Positions 41,804-52,306 of a DNA stretch of 64,000 nucleotides are shown here, one piece after another; positions within the stretch are counted from its first letter, which is position 1, and the number at the start of each line of letters is the position of its first letter. Below the pieces are notes generated by a model. The model worked only from the letters and a program-made list of their open reading frames with translations, made no database searches and had not been told where the DNA came from. Source of the stretch: an uncultured Bacillota bacterium (GTDB taxonomy: Bacteria; Bacillota; DTU025; MWDF01); contig CAWGMK010000012.1 in assembly GCA_963823655.1 (NCBI GenBank), positions 103,028 through 167,027 on the forward strand. The letters are read 5' to 3'. Both the position numbers and the translations under genes were made by a program.

Positions 41804-43093
41804 TTGCAGCAGCAAGCTGACAGGCCGGCCGTAAAACCGTCTCTAGCGTGGACGGCCGTTATAGTGTGCTCGCTCAACTACTATATGGTGACATTTCAGA
41901 GGATGTCCCCGGCCGTTATGGCGGCTGAGCTGAGGGCGGAGTTTGCCACCACATCAGCAGTGCTGGGGCTGCTTTCCTCCATATACTTCGTGGTATACGC
42001 AATTATGCAGATTCCCGTGGGCTACCTGGTGGACAGGTACAACCCCGGCAAGGTGCTCGGCCTGTTCATGGGTGCCGCCGCCGTGGGCTCGATCATGTTC
42101 GGGGGCGCAGGCTCACTCGGCATCGCAATGTTCGCAAGAGGGCTAACCAGCTTCGGCCTTTCGGCGATATTCGTCACTTCTACCAAGCTGATGGGGCAGA
42201 TCTTCGACAGGAAGAGCTTCATTCTGGCCCAGGGCATAATCATCACATCAGGGAATGTGGGGTCCATGACGGCCGCAAGCCCGCTTGCCGCAATAGTTGA
42301 CGGCATAGGGTGGAGGTCCGCCTTCTATATGATGGGAGCAATAACTGCGGTTATGGCGCTTCTGATCTATCTTGTGCTAAACAGGCCTGAATTCAAGGGC
42401 ATTCACAAGCCGGCCAATAACGCCGCACGCAAGGGCATATCCAGGTTCGAGCTAATATTCTCCCTTGTATTAGGCCTTGCCGTATTCCTTAAGAACGGGC
42501 CGCTGTTCAGCTTCCAGGGCCTTTGGGGCGTGCCATATCTCATGAGCATACACGGGCTGAGCAAGATCAGCGCCAGCTCCATAATTATGGCCATGTCGTT
42601 CGCCGCAGCCGTGGCGGGTCCCTTGGCTGGCGCAAGCTGTAAAATCAGCAGGCTGAATGAAAGGCACTTCCTCAATCTCAATGCAGTGCTGTTCGCGCTG
42701 TCGTGGATTCCGATTGCGTTCGTCATGAAGAGCTATACAGTTCAATCTTTGTGGATTGCCGGGCTGCTCTTCGGCTTTTCAAGCACCTCGGTGGCCATAA
42801 TGATGCAGATTTTAATCAGGGACATCGTCAATGAGGGCGGCAGGGGCGTGGCGATCGGTATCAGCAACTCGATGTCCATAATGGGTGGCGCGGTCTACCA
42901 GCCTTTGATGGGGATATTCCTCGATAAGGCGGAGGCCGACGGGAGCGGGCTTGCGAGCGGTTACTCCAGCGCCCTAATATTCGGGATGATATCTGCGGCA
43001 ATTTCCGCAGTGCTGTTCATATTTGCCTGTCATATGGTCAAGGGGGGCAAGAAGTCATGCGATGTAGGCCCCATGCCGGAGGCGGCCCAGTGA
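41804..43093 (+). CDS. MFS transporter
   Basis: YAIMQIPVGYLVDRYNP, FQGLWGVPYL; TTG start after GGGGA. Confidence 0.88.
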   Translation: MQQQADRPAVKPSLAWTAVIVCSLNYYMVTFQRMSPAVMAAELRAEFATTSAVLGLLSSIYFVVYAIMQIPVGYLVDRYNPGKVLGLFMGAAAVGSIMFGGAGSLGIAMFARGLTSFGLSAIFVTSTKLMGQIFDRKSFILAQGIIITSGNVGSMTAASPLAAIVDGIGWRSAFYMMGAITAVMALLIYLVLNRPEFKGIHKPANNAARKGISRFELIFSLVLGLAVFLKNGPLFSFQGLWGVPYLMSIHGLSKISASSIIMAMSFAAAVAGPLAGASCKISRLNERHFLNLNAVLFALSWIPIAFVMKSYTVQSLWIAGLLFGFSSTSVAIMMQILIRDIVNEGGRGVAIGISNSMSIMGGAVYQPLMGIFLDKAEADGSGLASGYSSALIFGMISAAISAVLFIFACHMVKGGKKSCDVGPMPEAAQ

Positions 43094-44400
43094 AACCTGC
43101 AAATGGCGGTCAGGTCATCGCGAAGGGGGAGGGTGCGCCCGACCCCGGCAGGTGGTTTGCTCTTTTTGCCTGTTCGCTTGGCTTTTTTATGGCCAACGTC
43201 CACCGTATCTCGCCTGGCGTTTTCGCAGCTGAGCTGATGCAGGAATTCAACACCTCGGCCTCAGTGTTGGGCTTGTTAAGCTCCAGCTACTTCTACACAT
43301 ACGCGATATTGCAGATACCTGTAGGCCTTCTTTGTGATCGCTACAAGCCGGGCTTGGTAATGGGCTACTTCCTGCTTGCTGGAGTCTTAGGAGCAGTGAT
43401 GTTCGCGGCAAGCACGACTCTGATGATGGCAGTCATCGGCAGGGTGGTGCTATCAGCCGGGATCTCGGCTACCTTCATCTCGGCTCTTAGGATATTCGAC
43501 TTCGCATTCAAACATAAGGGCTTCTCCATGGCCACAGGCGTTATGGTGGCGGCCGGAGGCCTGGGCGGCGTGTTCGCTCAGGGGCCGCTCGCGGTGGCAG
43601 TGCTGAAATTCGGCTGGCGCAACTCAATGTACGCAATAGCCTTGGTAACGGTGTTTGTGGCAGCGCTTGCGTTTCTGGCTACGGGTAAATATGAGAGGAC
43701 CAAGGTTTCCGAAAAGGCGGAGGGCAGTACGCAGAAGGGCTTCTCTCTGACCGAGGGGCGCCGCGAGTACATGATAATGCTTTACAGCCTTTCATTCGCC
43801 CTTCTGGTCCAGTACGGGGCGCTGATGGGCTATCAGGGGCTCTGGGGAATACCATTCCTTACGGATGTATATGGTCTTACGAAGACCGCGGCCAGCAATA
43901 TCATGATGTTGGCCAGCATAGGCGCCATTATCGGTTCTCCTTTGACAGGCTGGCTTCTCGACGGCAAAGGCCTTTCTGCCCACAAGATGATGCTCTGGTC
44001 TCCAGTCATCTTCCTTTTAAGCTGGATCCCGCTGACTTTTAAGCTGCAAGGCAATTTCATCGTTCCGATAGCCCTGGCCTCCTTCTTCATGGGAGGCGGC
44101 AGCACAATGACCGCCATACTCAATCCAACCTATTCGAACCGTTACATCTCGGAGGATTCAAGAGGCAGGTTCTTCGGCATACTAAACTCCGCATCCATAA
44201 TCGGAGCTGCGATCATACAGCCCCTGATGGGAGTCCTGATCGATACTTCGGTCAATTCCGGCAAAGGGCTTCAAGTAGGCTATCTTTGGTGCTTCAGGCT
44301 GGGCTTTGCATGCGCAGTAGCCGTCCTTGTTACGAGAATTGGCATATACTTCAAATTCAGGGGCCTGAAGGATGGGCGGGACATGCAAAAGGCGAGTTGA
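43090..44400 (+). CDS. MFS transporter (tandem paralog)
   Basis: YAILQIPVGLLCDRYKP, YQGLWGIPFL; GTGA overlap with the upstream gene. Confidence 0.88.
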   Translation: MKPANGGQVIAKGEGAPDPGRWFALFACSLGFFMANVHRISPGVFAAELMQEFNTSASVLGLLSSSYFYTYAILQIPVGLLCDRYKPGLVMGYFLLAGVLGAVMFAASTTLMMAVIGRVVLSAGISATFISALRIFDFAFKHKGFSMATGVMVAAGGLGGVFAQGPLAVAVLKFGWRNSMYAIALVTVFVAALAFLATGKYERTKVSEKAEGSTQKGFSLTEGRREYMIMLYSLSFALLVQYGALMGYQGLWGIPFLTDVYGLTKTAASNIMMLASIGAIIGSPLTGWLLDGKGLSAHKMMLWSPVIFLLSWIPLTFKLQGNFIVPIALASFFMGGGSTMTAILNPTYSNRYISEDSRGRFFGILNSASIIGAAIIQPLMGVLIDTSVNSGKGLQVGYLWCFRLGFACAVAVLVTRIGIYFKFRGLKDGRDMQKAS

Positions 44401-44426
44401 TGCAGCCTGGTTAACTTGTGAAGGAA

Positions 44427-44460
44427 ACGCCCCGAAAAGCCTTTAGGCTGTCGGGGCGTC
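44427..44460. terminator. hairpin between convergent genes
   Basis: ACGCCCCGA..AGCC/GGCT..TCGGGGCGT. Confidence 0.55.
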
Positions 44461-44484
44461 AGTCTTTCTTGGCTATATCCGCTT

Positions 44485-45420
44485 CTATTCGAACAGCTTG
44501 CCGTTTTGGTACAGCTGCCTTACATTCTTGGAGAGCACATCAGCCATATAGCCAAGATCTGCCGCCTCAAGCACCGCCATTGCCTCGGCCGGAATTGATG
44601 CGCCAGACTTGCCCGCGTCGTCGATGAGCCATCTGGTCATTTCCTCTGAAAAGCCTTTTTCCAGGTCCACTATGCGAAGCTTGCCCTCGTTCATGGGACA
44701 TCCCGACTGGCAGCGCATGCAACCTATTAGGCAGTTATGAGTCTGTGGATCGAGCCACGCAGGGAAAGGCCCTGAGTTCTCGTTGAAATGGGTAATGCAG
44801 CTTCCTGCTTGGACTGTGAAGCGGTCCTCCACCAGGGCATCTGTTGGGCAGTCCGAAACGCAGATGCCACAAGTAAGGCAAGGGGAAGCAAGGGAATCCT
44901 CGTCGAAGCCCCTTCTAAGGAAAATCTGGTACCTTCCGTCCGACGCGTCGGCGGGCTCATCCGTAAGGTAGCAGCGGAGCCTGACATAACTTCCGAAACC
45001 CTCTACATAGGCGAGGTTGTTCCTTCCATACTCCGCTAAGCCCATCGCCACAGCAAGTGTCTTGAATGGGGCCCTTATGGGCGTAGCATGCCCGAAGGCG
45101 GCCTCAACCGCGCGGTCGGCCGCTGCTATTGCGTCATCCGTCTTGGCGTACGTGGGAGGGATGAGCGCGCTTCCCGTCTTTCCATCCAGGCTGAAATGCA
45201 TACGGTAGGCAGGCACGGCAATTGCCGCCAGCACGACGTTTCCGCATTCTGAGCCCAGTTCAGCGAGATTTTTCTGAGATGAGAGGTACAAGTCGAAAAC
45301 CTCGGGGTCAATGCTCGTTTGCATCGACCTGATCCTGTCTATGGCTGCATCTACAAGCTTCGAGGGCCCCCATGCGAACCTTACGCCGGGCACTCCTAGA
45401 AGCGCTTCAAGGCGGGCCAT
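44485..45420 (-). CDS. QueG/epoxyqueuosine-reductase-like 4Fe-4S dicluster protein
   Basis: KTLAVAMGLAEYGRNNL..GFGSYV, CLTCGICVSDCP, C.....E, GCMRCQSGCP. Confidence 0.75.
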   Translation of the reverse strand: MARLEALLGVPGVRFAWGPSKLVDAAIDRIRSMQTSIDPEVFDLYLSSQKNLAELGSECGNVVLAAIAVPAYRMHFSLDGKTGSALIPPTYAKTDDAIAAADRAVEAAFGHATPIRAPFKTLAVAMGLAEYGRNNLAYVEGFGSYVRLRCYLTDEPADASDGRYQIFLRRGFDEDSLASPCLTCGICVSDCPTDALVEDRFTVQAGSCITHFNENSGPFPAWLDPQTHNCLIGCMRCQSGCPMNEGKLRIVDLEKGFSEEMTRWLIDDAGKSGASIPAEAMAVLEAADLGYMADVLSKNVRQLYQNGKLFE

Positions 45421-45457
45421 CCAAAAACCCCCTTCTCAAGCTGCGAGGTTCGATTAC

Positions 45458-45485
45458 ATTTCAACATTGTTGTGGGGAATCCTTC
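45458..45485 (-). promoter_or_regulatory. sigmaH-like promoter
   Basis: GAAGGATTC-N11-GTTGAAAT. Confidence 0.4.
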
Positions 45486-45699
45486 ATTTGGGCCATAAAG
45501 GGAAGAAAATAACGAAGAGAGGCGATATTTGCAACTTGCCCCCAAGGATATAATTATGCCGGGGTCCCTTTCGGGTAAGGCCCCGGCACTCAAAGAAAAG
45601 GAGGAAGGGAAGATTGGTTCTGGCTAAATAATACCATAATGGTAAATCTATGCAATATGGTAATAATCGAGAATTGGAAATTACCAGCTAATTGATAGT

Positions 45700-46395
45700 A
45701 TGAAGGCAGAGGCGGTGGCTATCATGAGTAAACGTCATATGGCCTTTAAGTGCGCATATAACGACAATAAAGGTGAAGGGCTGCCGGTAATCGGTTACAT
45801 GGGCGCCTGCTCCAAAGCAACGACAGTCTACAATGTCAAGAAGGGCTCCCCGTGGTGCTCGCTTCCCGAGTGCCCTTGCAGCGCATACGTTCTGAAGGGG
45901 GAGCCAAGGTCCGACAATCCGTGCCAGGACAGCAATATGCTGGTCGACTGGAAGGCATATGCAGGATTCGACCATAACGGCCCTTATAGTTGGACGCCAA
46001 GGAGGATCGTAGGCGCAAGTGAGGGAGGGCTAGTCTTCCTTACGACGCGATACCCCGGTACGAGCGAGGCCGAAAGGTTCATCTTTGCGGCTTTTGTAAT
46101 TGGCAAAGTCATTTCGTATGACCCAGACAAGTCCGGCTGGGTGGAGGCGGACCCCACGCTTAGGATAGCCTTGACCCAGGACGAGCTAGTGTACTTCTGG
46201 GATTATTACCGCAACGCAAGCAAGCCCGAATACATAGGCTGGGGCAGCGGCAGGTTCAGATACCTGGACGATGCGCAGGCCGGCGGCGCGATGAGGGCGA
46301 TCGCATCGATAGTAAAAGGCGAAGGGAGAAAGATCGATCGCAGAGCGCATGAGCGCTATTGCCCAAGAGGGGGAATGATGGCCCTCGCTATATAG
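45700..46395 (+). CDS. hypothetical Cys-rich protein
   Basis: FKCAYND..GACS..WCSLPECPC..PC; LTTRYPG..E.ERFIFA; FWDYYRN..WGSGRFRY; start may be ATG 45724. Confidence 0.7.
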   Translation: MKAEAVAIMSKRHMAFKCAYNDNKGEGLPVIGYMGACSKATTVYNVKKGSPWCSLPECPCSAYVLKGEPRSDNPCQDSNMLVDWKAYAGFDHNGPYSWTPRRIVGASEGGLVFLTTRYPGTSEAERFIFAAFVIGKVISYDPDKSGWVEADPTLRIALTQDELVYFWDYYRNASKPEYIGWGSGRFRYLDDAQAGGAMRAIASIVKGEGRKIDRRAHERYCPRGGMMALAI

Positions 46396-46455
46396 CCCCG
46401 ATATGCAAGGATGGTATAATCAACTTTGGATTAGACTTGCGATTGGGGTGTTTTT

Positions 46456-47979
46456 ATGGGCAGCCTCGATTTAAACGGCCATCTGGTTATAAGCGACGTG
46501 GTGGATGTCGCGCGCTCCGGAAGACATGTCAAACTCTCCGGCGATGCCATGGCGAGGATCATCAAGGCCAGGGAGCTTATCGAGCGGTTCGTCGCCGAAA
46601 GACGGGTCGTCTACGGCGTGACGACCGGCTTCGGGAAGTTCGCAAACGTTGCCATCTCAAGCGAGGATACCAAGCTGCTCCAGCGCAATCTCATAATTTC
46701 CCATGCCACAGGCGTGGGAGAACCTCTGCCTTTGGACCAGGCCAGGGCGGTCCTCCTCCTAAGGGCAAACGCCCTTGCAAGAGGCCATTCAGGCGCCAGG
46801 CCCGAACTCATACTCACCCTTCTCGAAATGCTCAACAAGGACGTAGTGCCGGTAATTCCCTGCAAAGGTTCGCTTGGGGCCAGCGGGGACCTGGCGCCGC
46901 TTGCGCATATGGCGCTTACTATCATCGGCGAGGGAGAAGCCTTCTACAAAGGCAAGAGGATGCCGTCGAAGCAGGCCATGGAAAAGGCCGGTATAAAGCC
47001 GCTTGAGCTGATGGAGAAGGAAGGTCTGGCTCTCATCAATGGCACGCCGGTCATGACGGCCATCGCGGCCCTTGCCCTGTATGATGCGCAGATTCTAATC
47101 AAAACTGCTGATATCGCCGCTGCAATGACGCTTGAAGCGATGAACGGTATAGGCAGCGCCTTCGACCTCAGGGTAAGCCATACAAGGCCCCATCTGGGGC
47201 AGGCAGTAGTCGCCGAGAACATACTCAAGATCACCAAGGGAAGCACCATGGTCTCCTGCGGCGAAACGGAGAAGGTGCAGGACCCTTACTCATTAAGGTG
47301 CGTTCCGCAGGTGCACGGCGCCTCACGCGACGCCTTCGCCCACATCTGGCACACCGTGTCCATAGAGATGAACTCCGTTACCGACAACCCGCTCGTGTTC
47401 CCGGACGACGAGGAGATAATCTCCGCCGGCAACTTCCACGGCCAGCCCGTGGCGCTGGTGATGGACTATCTTAAAATCGCCGCGTCTGAGATTGCGGACA
47501 TAAGCGAGAGGCGAATCGAGCAGATGGTAAACCCCGCGCTCTCCAGGCTTCCGGCATTCCTTGCGGAGAACGGCGGCTTAAACTCGGGGCTTATGATAAC
47601 GCAGTATGTCGCGGCATCCCTGGTGTCGGAGAACAAGGTGCTCTGCCATCCCGCAAGCGTCGATTCCATACCCACCTCCGGTAACCAGGAGGACCACGTG
47701 AGCATGGGGGCCATCGCGGCTAGGCAGGCGATGGAGATCATAGGAAACGTCAGGAACGTGCTTGCTATCGAGCTCATCTGCGCGGCCCAGGCGCTGGATA
47801 TGAGAGGCTGCGAGGGAAAGATGGGAAAAGGTACGGACGCTGCTTATAAGGTCGTAAGGAGCGTAGTAGAGAGGCTCCACGGCGACAGGGTCATGTATAA
47901 GGATCTGGAGAAAGTCGTAGCCCTGGTCGAAGAGGGCACAATTGTAGATGTGGTCGAAACGATAGCCGGAGAGCTTTAG
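46456..47979 (+). CDS. hutH: histidine ammonia-lyase
   Basis: VYGVTTGFG, MIO motif GSLGASGDLAPL, KEGLALINGT, QDPYSLRC, GNFHG, NQEDHVSMG. Confidence 0.96.
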   Translation: MGSLDLNGHLVISDVVDVARSGRHVKLSGDAMARIIKARELIERFVAERRVVYGVTTGFGKFANVAISSEDTKLLQRNLIISHATGVGEPLPLDQARAVLLLRANALARGHSGARPELILTLLEMLNKDVVPVIPCKGSLGASGDLAPLAHMALTIIGEGEAFYKGKRMPSKQAMEKAGIKPLELMEKEGLALINGTPVMTAIAALALYDAQILIKTADIAAAMTLEAMNGIGSAFDLRVSHTRPHLGQAVVAENILKITKGSTMVSCGETEKVQDPYSLRCVPQVHGASRDAFAHIWHTVSIEMNSVTDNPLVFPDDEEIISAGNFHGQPVALVMDYLKIAASEIADISERRIEQMVNPALSRLPAFLAENGGLNSGLMITQYVAASLVSENKVLCHPASVDSIPTSGNQEDHVSMGAIAARQAMEIIGNVRNVLAIELICAAQALDMRGCEGKMGKGTDAAYKVVRSVVERLHGDRVMYKDLEKVVALVEEGTIVDVVETIAGEL

Positions 47980-48018
47980 AGATACCCCCTCCGACTCCAA
48001 TAAGAGGAGGCGAATTAC

Positions 48019-50043
48019 ATGTCCGACACATTCGCACCATTTGAGCTGAAGCTGGACGGCGCGCTGCCCGCATACCCAGGCTTCGAGCAAGGTTTCCGGC
48101 GCGCTCCCGACAGAGGCTACAGGCTGACGAAGGCGCAGACCGAGGTCGCGCTCATGAACGCGCTAAGGTACGTGCCCGAGCATCTTCATAGTGAGCTGGC
48201 CCCGGAGTTTTTGGAGGAGCTGGTCACCAGAGGCAGGATCTACGCCTACAGGTACAGGCCACAAGGCAGGATATCGGGCCGGCCGATCGATGAATACCGC
48301 GGAAGATGCCTTGCCGGCAAGGCTTTCCAGGTGATGATCGACAACAACCTGGACTTCGAAGTTGCCCTATACCCTTACGAGCTGGTCACCTACGGCGAGA
48401 CTGGCTCGGTCTGCCAGAACTGGCTGCAGTACAGGCTGATCAAGAAATATCTTGAGGAGATGACCGACGAGCAGACCCTGGTCATTGAATCCGGGCATCC
48501 GCTCGGGCTGTTCCCCTCAAGGCCGGAATCGCCGAGGGTGATTATCACGAACGCCATGATGGTGGGCATGTTCGACAATCATGAAGGACTGGGAGATCGC
48601 CGAGCAGATGGGCGTGGCCAATTACGGCCAGATGACCGCCGGCGGCTGGATGTACATCGGCCCGCAGGGCATCGTCCACGGGACCTTCAACACGGTTTTC
48701 ACCGCCGGCAGGGCAGAGGCTAGGCGTTGCCGATGACGGGGATCTTGCGGGCTTCCTGTTCGTGTCCTCAGGTCTGGGCGGCATGAGCGGCGCCCAGCCC
48801 AAGGCGGCGGAGATTGCGGGCGCGGTCGCAATCATCGCCGAGGTGGACGAATCAAGGATTGTGACCAGGCATTCAGCAGGGCTGGGTGAGGACTGTCGCG
48901 GGCTCTGCCAAGGAAGCTTTCGACATAGCTGCCCGCTACCAGGAGAACAAAGAGCCGATGTCCATAGCCTTCCACGGCAATATCGTGGAGCTTCTAGGAT
49001 ATGCCGTGGAGAACAACAGGCACATAGACCTTCTATCCGACCAGACATCCTGCCATAACGCATATGACGGGGGATATTGCCCGGTCGGCATACATTTGCC
49101 GAGAGGACGAAGCTTCTAGCAGACGACAGGAGGCTTTTCGCAGAGCTCGTGGACAAGAGCCTGAGGGAGCACTTCGAATGCATCAGGAAGCTAGTCGACA
49201 AGGGGACCTACTTCTTCGACTACGGCAACGCCTTCATGAAGGCCGTGTACGATGCCGGGGTCACGGAGATATCCAAAAACGGCATCGACGAGAAGGACGG
49301 CTTCATATTCCCCTCCTACGTGGAGGACATAATGGGCCCCATGCTCTTCGATTACGGCTACGGACCGTTCAGGTGGGTCTGCCTGTCCGGAAGAGACGAG
49401 GATCTCAGAAGGACCGACAGGGCGGCTATGGACTGCATTGACGCCTCAAGGCAGGGGCCAGGACAGGGACAATTACATCTGGATCAGGGATGCGGAGAAG
49501 AACAGGCTGGTCGTGGGCACGAAGGCGAGGATCCTCTACCAGGACGCCGAAGGCAGGAAGAGGATCGCCCTCAAGTTCAACAGCATGGTGAGAAAAGGCG
49601 AAATCGGGCCCGTCATGCTGGGGCGCGACCATCACGATACCGGCGGCACCGACTCTCCGTTCAGGGAGACTGCGAACATTAAGGACGGCAGCAATGTTAT
49701 GGCCGACATGGCGACGCAGTGCTTCGCCGGCAACGCCGCAAGGGGAATGAGCCTGGTCGCCCTGCATAACGGCGGCGGCGTTGGAATAGGCAAATCGGTG
49801 AACGGCGGCTTCGGCCTGGTGCTCGACGGCAGCGACAGGGTCGACAAGGTAATCAAATCCGCCATGATGTGGGACGTCATGGGAGGCGTCGCAAGGCGCG
49901 CCTGGGCCAGGAACCCGGGCTCAATTGAGACTTCGAGGGAATATAACGAGAAGTATGCGGGGAAGGGTCACATCACCCTTCCATACGTGGCCGATGCCGA
50001 TATGGTCCGGTCGCTGGTTGAAGAAAGGCTGGGGAAGAGATGA
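48019..50043 (+). CDS. hutU: urocanate hydratase (long type); about 5 frameshifts
   Basis: [75 protein letters not shown]. Confidence 0.93.
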
Positions 50044-51576
50044 GCGGAAAAGACGGCTCAGAAGATAAGGGACATGTACACGGGCCCGGATGCGGGCATG
50101 ATCATAGCGGGCAGGAAGAACACGTCCATGGTCCGGGTTGCGGACATCAGCACGAAGCGGAAGCAGAAGCAGGAGCACGTACATGGGCCCGGCTGCGGAC
50201 ATGATCATAATGAGGAGGGGCACGTCCACGGACCGGGTTGCGGTCACCCCGCCCATGGGGAGCCCGGGCATGTGCACGACGAAAGCTGCGGCCTCCATTC
50301 GCACTCCGATAAGCTTTTCGACCTTTTGATAGTCAACATCGGCATGATTGCCACACCCGTGGGCATTAGCGCCAAGGGCGGGGCGGCTCAGTCAGAGGTG
50401 GCATTTAAGCGGAAGGCCTGGATAGGCATTAAAGACGGCAGGATCGCCGAGATCGGCGGCATGGACGACGGCAGAGGTCGCGCCGAGGACTTCTCCGATG
50501 AGATCTTCGACGCAAGCGGCCTGTTGGTGACCCCGGGCCTGATAGATTCCCACACTCATCTGGCGTTCGGGGGCTGGAGGCACAAGGAGCTGGCGCTCAA
50601 GCTAAAAGGTGTGCCCTACCTGGAGATATTAAGAAACGGCGGCGGCATATTGAGCACCGTTAAGGCGACGAGGGCTTCTTCATTGGACGCGCTTGTCGAC
50701 AAGGGGCTATGGGTATTGGACCAGATGCTGGCGCACGGTACTACCACCGTGGAGGCGAAGAGCGGCTACGGGCTTACCGTCGATGATGAAATGAAGCAGC
50801 TGGAAGCCATTGCCCTCATGGCCGAAAACCATGTCGTCGGCATAGTGCCGACTTTCATGGGGGCACATGCCATGCCCGAAGAGCACCTGGACGACAGGGA
50901 AGGCTATATAAAAACCATCATAGATGAGATGATACCGGCCGTGGCCTCAAGAGGGCTTGCCGCCTTCTGCGACGCCTTCTGCGAGAAGGGGGCCTTCAGC
51001 GTCGAGGAGTCGCGCCGCATCCTAAGTGCTGCGAAACAGTACGGGCTGGGCCTTAAGTTGCACGCTGATGAGATCAACGACATGGGGGCGGCAGCCCTTG
51101 CGGCAGAGCTGGGAGCCGTTTCGGCAGAGCATCTGATTCATGCTAGCGACGAAGGCCTTGCGGCGATGGCCACAGCTGGGACTGTAGCAGTGCTCCTTCC
51201 CTGCACATCGTTCTATCTCAATGAGGACTACGCAAGGGCCAAGAAGATGATAGAGCTGGGGATTCCCGTTGCGCTGGCGACCGATTTCAACCCGGGCTCC
51301 TCGCCGAATCTCAATCTGCAGATGGCCATGAGCATAGGATGCATAAAGTATAAGATGAGCCCCGAAGAGGTGCTCAGCGCAGTCACACTAAACGCCGCCG
51401 CAGCAATTGGGCTGGCAGGCGAGTACGGCAGCATAGAACCGGGCAAGGCGGCCGATCTCGTAGTGTGGGAGGCGCCCGATCTTGATTACCTGCTTTACAG
51501 GTACGGAAGCAATATGGTGAAGGCCGTGGTGAAGGCGGGGGAAGTGCACCAGGCGGGCCATGAGCATTCGCATTAA
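50040..51576 (+). CDS. hutI: imidazolonepropionase with N-terminal His/Cys repeat extension; frameshift near 50165
   Basis: [45 protein letters not shown]; ATG 50040 overlaps the hutU stop (ATGA). Confidence 0.92.
50073..50304 (+). repeat. five tandem His/Cys peptide repeats (4x HVHGPGCGH plus [12 protein letters not shown])
   Basis: synonymously diverged copies such as CATGTACACGGGCCCGGATGCGGGCAT and CACGTCCATGGTCCGGGTTGCGGACAT. Confidence 0.9.
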
Positions 51577-51595
51577 TTCAAATGGGGGTATTCCT

Positions 51596-52306
51596 GTGAA
51601 GAAGCTAGTGGAAATGAGCATCGAAGATTTCCTGGAGCAGCTTTCATCCGATTGCCCGACGCCCGGTGGCGGCAGCGTAGCGGCCCTTGAGGGCGCATTC
51701 GGGGCAGCTCTTGTGGAGATGGTGACAAGGCTGACCATAGGCCGCGAGAAGTACAAGGAGCATGAGGAGCTCATGAACGAAGCTCTTGGGAAGGCCTATC
51801 GTCTCAGAATGGACCTGACTGAGCTTGTGGACATGGACACGGATGCGTACAACAACGTTACTTCCGCCTACAAGCTGCCCAAATCCACGGATGAGGAGAG
51901 GGCCGAAAGGTCTGCCGCCATTCAAGCGGCCTTGAAGATGGCCACCAACATTCCGGCTGAGACCATGGAGAAGGCCCACCTCTGCCTGGAGATTGCAAGC
52001 AGCATCAAAGGCAAAATAAACCCAAGCTGCGACAGCGATCTTGAGGTTGCCCAGATGAGCCTTAAGGCAGCAGCCGACGGCGCCTGGAAGAACGTGCTTA
52101 CCAACCTCAGCGGCATCAGGGACGAGTCCTTCGTCGAGGACACTAAGCTGAAGTGCGGGATGAAGGGACATAGGAAGCTGGAAATAGAAACCAAAAGAAT
52201 ACTGTATACATACCAAAGCGAAAGGCCACGCCCTGCAAGATCATACGCGGGAATAAGTGGCCTTTTATTTTCAGCGAAAAGAATATCGGCGATTCCGGCA
52301 AGTTGA
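51596..52306 (+). CDS. formiminotetrahydrofolate cyclodeaminase / cyclohydrolase family
   Basis: FLEQLSSDCPTPGGGSVAA, D.DAY, LPKST.EE, SDL.VA, NVLTNL; 3' end probably extended by an indel. Confidence 0.88.
   Translation: MKKLVEMSIEDFLEQLSSDCPTPGGGSVAALEGAFGAALVEMVTRLTIGREKYKEHEELMNEALGKAYRLRMDLTELVDMDTDAYNNVTSAYKLPKSTDEERAERSAAIQAALKMATNIPAETMEKAHLCLEIASSIKGKINPSCDSDLEVAQMSLKAAADGAWKNVLTNLSGIRDESFVEDTKLKCGMKGHRKLEIETKRILYTYQSERPRPARSYAGISGLLFSAKRISAIPAS

Noticed and set aside
44485-45420. Reductive dehalogenase
   Set aside because: No Tat signal or RdhB anchor and too short; fits QueG-like Fe-S proteins.
48019-50043. Programmed frameshifting or pseudogenisation of hutU and other split genes
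   Set aside because: No consistent slippery motif; window-wide indel noise is the simpler explanation.
50073-50304. CRISPR array or DNA-level tandem repeat
   Set aside because: Copies differ at third codon positions, spacers are short and no cas genes are present; it is a protein repeat.
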